Below are positions 61,390 through 64,000 of a stretch of 64,000 bases of DNA, piece by piece. How positions within the stretch are numbered: the first letter of the stretch is position 1; each line of letters begins with the position of its first letter. The notes under the pieces were generated by a model, which did no database searches, had not been told where the DNA came from, and was given only the letters and a program-made list of their open reading frames with translations. The position numbers and the translations under genes were made by a program. Source of the DNA: Polyangiaceae bacterium (GTDB lineage: Bacteria; Myxococcota_A; Polyangia; Polyangiales; Polyangiaceae). The stretch is taken from assembly GCA_044222475.1 (NCBI GenBank), contig JBGANF010000006.1, forward strand, positions 1-64,000, read 5' to 3'.

Positions 61390-62413
61390 CGCGAAGGCAC
61401 CTCACACCCGAAAAGGATGACCTCTCTCCCGCGCCAAGGCCAGTCACGCTTCCAACCGCGACCGACTTGGCGACGCTTCCCCAGCTTCCACCGAGAACAT
61501 TGACCGCGTCGTTCGGAGATCCGGCATGGACGCAATCGTTGCAGGTCGCGTCGAGCACGCCGCCTCGATCCATCGTGACCTCCCCCACATTCCCGCTCAG
61601 GTCGAGATGGCCCCACCGACTGGCCCCGAGCGGCTTCGCGCCAACGGCCAGGGGCGTGGATGGGAACGGGGCCTGGCCGTGGTAGACGGCGCGCGACGGA
61701 TCGATGGCGGAGTAGTCGCGAACCGTCGTCCACGGGTAGACGCGTTGCTCGGATCCTCCAGCCTGCGCGAAATTGAGTTCTGCGAGCGTCGGAAGCCGAC
61801 CACCATCCCAAGCGCAGAAGGCGAACGCCTCGAACCACGTGAGACACATCATCGGAAGACGCTCGTTCGCTCCCGGCGCTGGAGTCCATGTCCGTAACGG
61901 CGTTCCATTGAGGTCGACGCAGGCGCCGTCTTCGAGTCCGGCGACAAGAGCCGTCCCGTCGGCGGCGAGTGGCCAGGCACCGGTCCAGCCCGACCCCGAG
62001 ACCTTCGGGTGAGCACCCGCTCCCAGTTGCGGCTTCGACCCAGGGTACGCCTGCACGAATGCACGAAACCGCCCGACCGTCACCTCGAAGCTGTCGAGGT
62101 AGAAAGCGGAGACCGTTGCGGGCCATGTGTCTGCGTTGTTGTCGAGGCCGTCGTACACCCGGAGGAACTTCCCTCCGGGCACGTATCGACTCTCGCAGCA
62201 ATCGCGCGCTTCGGCGCCGCAGGCGAGGTCGGCGCCCGCGCCACCGGTACAGCTCTTCGCCCTCGCGGGCGGAGGAGCATCGGGCACCCCACCGTCGGAT
62301 GCGTCGATGGGGCCACCGTCGCCGCCGTCTGTCGGAGTCGGCAACGAGCGACCACCGCACGCCGCAACGAAAAGGATCATGCCGACCACGACGGTCGCGC
62401 GGGTCACGGTCAT
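61379..62413 (-). CDS. FGE-sulfatase (SUMF1)-fold lipoprotein
   Basis: Lipobox VAAC, DCCES, FEVTVGRF, AFCAWDGGRLPT, DLSGNV, GGSW and GVRC. Confidence 0.9.
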   Translation of the reverse strand: MTVTRATVVVGMILFVAACGGRSLPTPTDGGDGGPIDASDGGVPDAPPPARAKSCTGGAGADLACGAEARDCCESRYVPGGKFLRVYDGLDNNADTWPATVSAFYLDSFEVTVGRFRAFVQAYPGSKPQLGAGAHPKVSGSGWTGAWPLAADGTALVAGLEDGACVDLNGTPLRTWTPAPGANERLPMMCLTWFEAFAFCAWDGGRLPTLAELNFAQAGGSEQRVYPWTTVRDYSAIDPSRAVYHGQAPFPSTPLAVGAKPLGASRWGHLDLSGNVGEVTMDRGGVLDATCNDCVHAGSPNDAVNVLGGSWGSVAKSVAVGSVTGLGAGERSSFSGVRCLRDVP

Positions 62414-63000
62414 TGCCTCACCAGCACGTGTACGAAACCCGAGAGCGTCCCTTCGTCGGGATCGCCGGCCCCTGCGAGGCCAACGCGTAGCCCAATCGGC
62501 TCGGCCGCGCCGAGCGCGACGCTGGCGATCGGCGCAAAGCCGACGGTCGTCAGCCGAAAGAGGCGAACGGTGTTGGGGCTTCGTGTCGCGACCCACACGA
62601 GTTCGTCCGGCCCGAGCGTCCGCACGACCATCGCGGTCGGGATCCCTGTCAGGTTCGCCGTCGCGGCTACGTTTGCGAGGCTCAGGGGGAAGAACGCATC
62701 GAGCCGGTTGGCGCCGCTCTCCGCGACCACCACGAAGAGATCCTGTTCGGTTCCGCCGATCGCGACGGGAGTTCCAAGGAGGATCGGCGATGACGCGAGG
62801 TTCGCGAGCGTGGGGGTCACGAGGCGAGAGACCCTGTTCGGGCTACTCGTGGCGACGAACGCGAACAAGTCTCCGGCGCTCACGTCAACCGCCGCTCCGA
62901 GTCCGAGTCCGCCCATCGTGACCTGGTGGTTCAGCGCCGGCGTCGCCTGGCCGAAGTCGATCCAGTAGAGGAAGTTGGCGTCGGTCAGGGCGGCGGCGTC
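62410..63000 (-). pseudogene. C-terminal fragment of a beta-rich protein that has lost its 5' end
   Basis: A coding-like frame (DAAALTDANFLYWIDF...) is ATGA-coupled to the FGE gene, but its upstream part is replaced by resolvase sequence. Confidence 0.5.
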
Positions 63001-63214
63001 GTGAGTCGAGTCGGAAGACGACGAGGCGATCGAAGAGGCGTGCTCGCGCATCGGCGAGCATCTCGCGCAGGATGGGACGCTGCGTCGTCTTCGCGCTCGC
63101 CTTCTCGGAGTACCAAATGATGTCGTCGGCCCCGATCGCGCGGACGATCGAATCCCGCTGACTAGCGTCGTCCTGGCTCTTCGAAGAAACGCGGACGTAA
63201 GCGGCGGTCGCCAT
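63001..63214 (-). pseudogene. Serine recombinase (resolvase) N-terminal fragment
   Basis: AYVRVSS..Q....Q, Y.EKASA....RP.L..ML and VVFRLD. Similarity stops after about 70 aa. Confidence 0.85.
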
Positions 63215-63303
63215 GTCCCAAAAGCGTAACTATCGGACGCGCCAGCGCCAGGGGGGATCGTCCAACGATTTCGCGACGCCCCCCTGGCGAGGATTTCCGG
63301 ACA
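63214..63303. promoter_or_regulatory. res-like site region upstream of the resolvase
   Basis: TGTCCC..N..TCGGACG (63214-63239), an 11-bp inverted repeat (63246-63256/63279-63289), and a further TCCGGACA half-site. Confidence 0.45.
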
Positions 63304-63424
63304 AGCTCACTCGTCGTGAACATCGCGGGCCGCTGCCACGAGGACCGTCGTGACCATGTCGGTGCCCGAGACGATCGCGGACTCGTCGACCTCGACGTCG
63401 TCGAAGTCGGGGTTGCTCGATGCC

Positions 63425-63745
63425 TCACCGAGTTGAGCACCTCGGCCTTGTTGGGCACGTCGCCGAGGTTGTTCGAGACGTCGGCCATCGCGTCGGCCAT
63501 GTCGGTGACATCCGACCCGGTCGCGCGCGCGAGGATGGCCATCTTCTCGAAGGCCTCCATCCCGGTCTTGAGGTCGCCGGTCTTCGACACGAAGGCACCG
63601 AGCGCGCCGACGACGTCGTTGGCCTGCATTCCGGTCGCGTTGCCCTTCTCGAACGCGAACTTCTTGAGCTCCTCCGGATCGACCCGCTGGCCGTTCCGCG
63701 GATCGCCCTGCATGTAGCCGGCGTTGGAGAGGTTGAGCTCGGCGA
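63425..63745 (-). pseudogene. Internal fragment of a phage tail tape-measure-like protein
   Basis: Helical TG....DV..AL..FVSKTGDL..G....EKMA.LARATG.DV.DMADA segment, with no proper start or end. Confidence 0.55.
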
Positions 63746-63746
63746 T

Positions 63747-64000
63747 CTCCGATGGTCGGACGTGGATCTCGTTCGAGGGGTAATTCGCCTCGACTCGAAC
63801 AAGACCGACGACCCCAGAGCTTGGGCGATGTCGCCGGACGTCCTCGCGACGCTCGAATGGTGGCGAGAGCGAGCCACCGAAGCGGACACCCGCGTCCTCT
63901 CCGTCGATGGCGTTCACTTGGATGTGGCACCGCTGGCGGACCTTCTGCGCGCCGATGTACGCCGCGCCGGCGTGACCCGTGCCGAGCTGTTCGAAGATTC
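63747..64000 (+). pseudogene. Tyrosine recombinase (phage integrase) fragment running off the window
   Basis: Manual translation from 63747 gives LRWSDVDLVRGVIRLDSNKTDDPRAWAM...LRADVRRAGVTRAELFED. The upstream box-I GxRxxE is missing. Not in the ORF track. Confidence 0.75.

Noticed and set aside
59972..62413. Possible diversity-generating retroelement targeting the FGE-fold genes
   Set aside because: No reverse transcriptase or template repeat is present in the window, and the paralog differences are not adenine-specific.

Overview
A high-GC window (about 70% by eye) whose gene content points to Myxococcota, probably Polyangia-like (inference). The content includes Cys-rich VWA and IgGFc-binding lipoproteins, PEGA/TPR proteins, three Hanks-type Ser/Thr kinases, an FHA/PP2C pair and FGE-sulfatase-fold lipoproteins. 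About 60 CDS are supported, including housekeeping genes folA, cobB, lipB, guaB and ltaE, plus MlaD, M23 peptidase, HD-GYP regulator and GntR/GMC genes. No rRNA, tRNA or CRISPR array was seen. Main points of interest: (1) a 15-bp palindrome GTMCCA-N3-TGGKAC occurs 13 times, mostly inside genes in different reading frames, like an undescribed matS/SlmA/Noc-type chromosome site; (2) a ~3.8-kb island at 25.2-29.0 kb holds a hairpin-dense non-coding region, a DUF559 nuclease whose RBS sits in a perfect 29-bp stem, lower-GC lipoprotein cargo, and a group II intron DV-DVI 3' end; (3) a maleylacetate reductase is fused to a homogentisate 1,2-dioxygenase; (4) guaB carries a perfect 48-bp in-frame duplication; (5) there is a 6S-like ncRNA candidate; (6) the right end is a mosaic of resolvase, tape-measure and integrase fragments beside paralogous FGE-fold genes, one of them frameshifted. 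All family calls come from recognising motifs by eye; no database searches were run.
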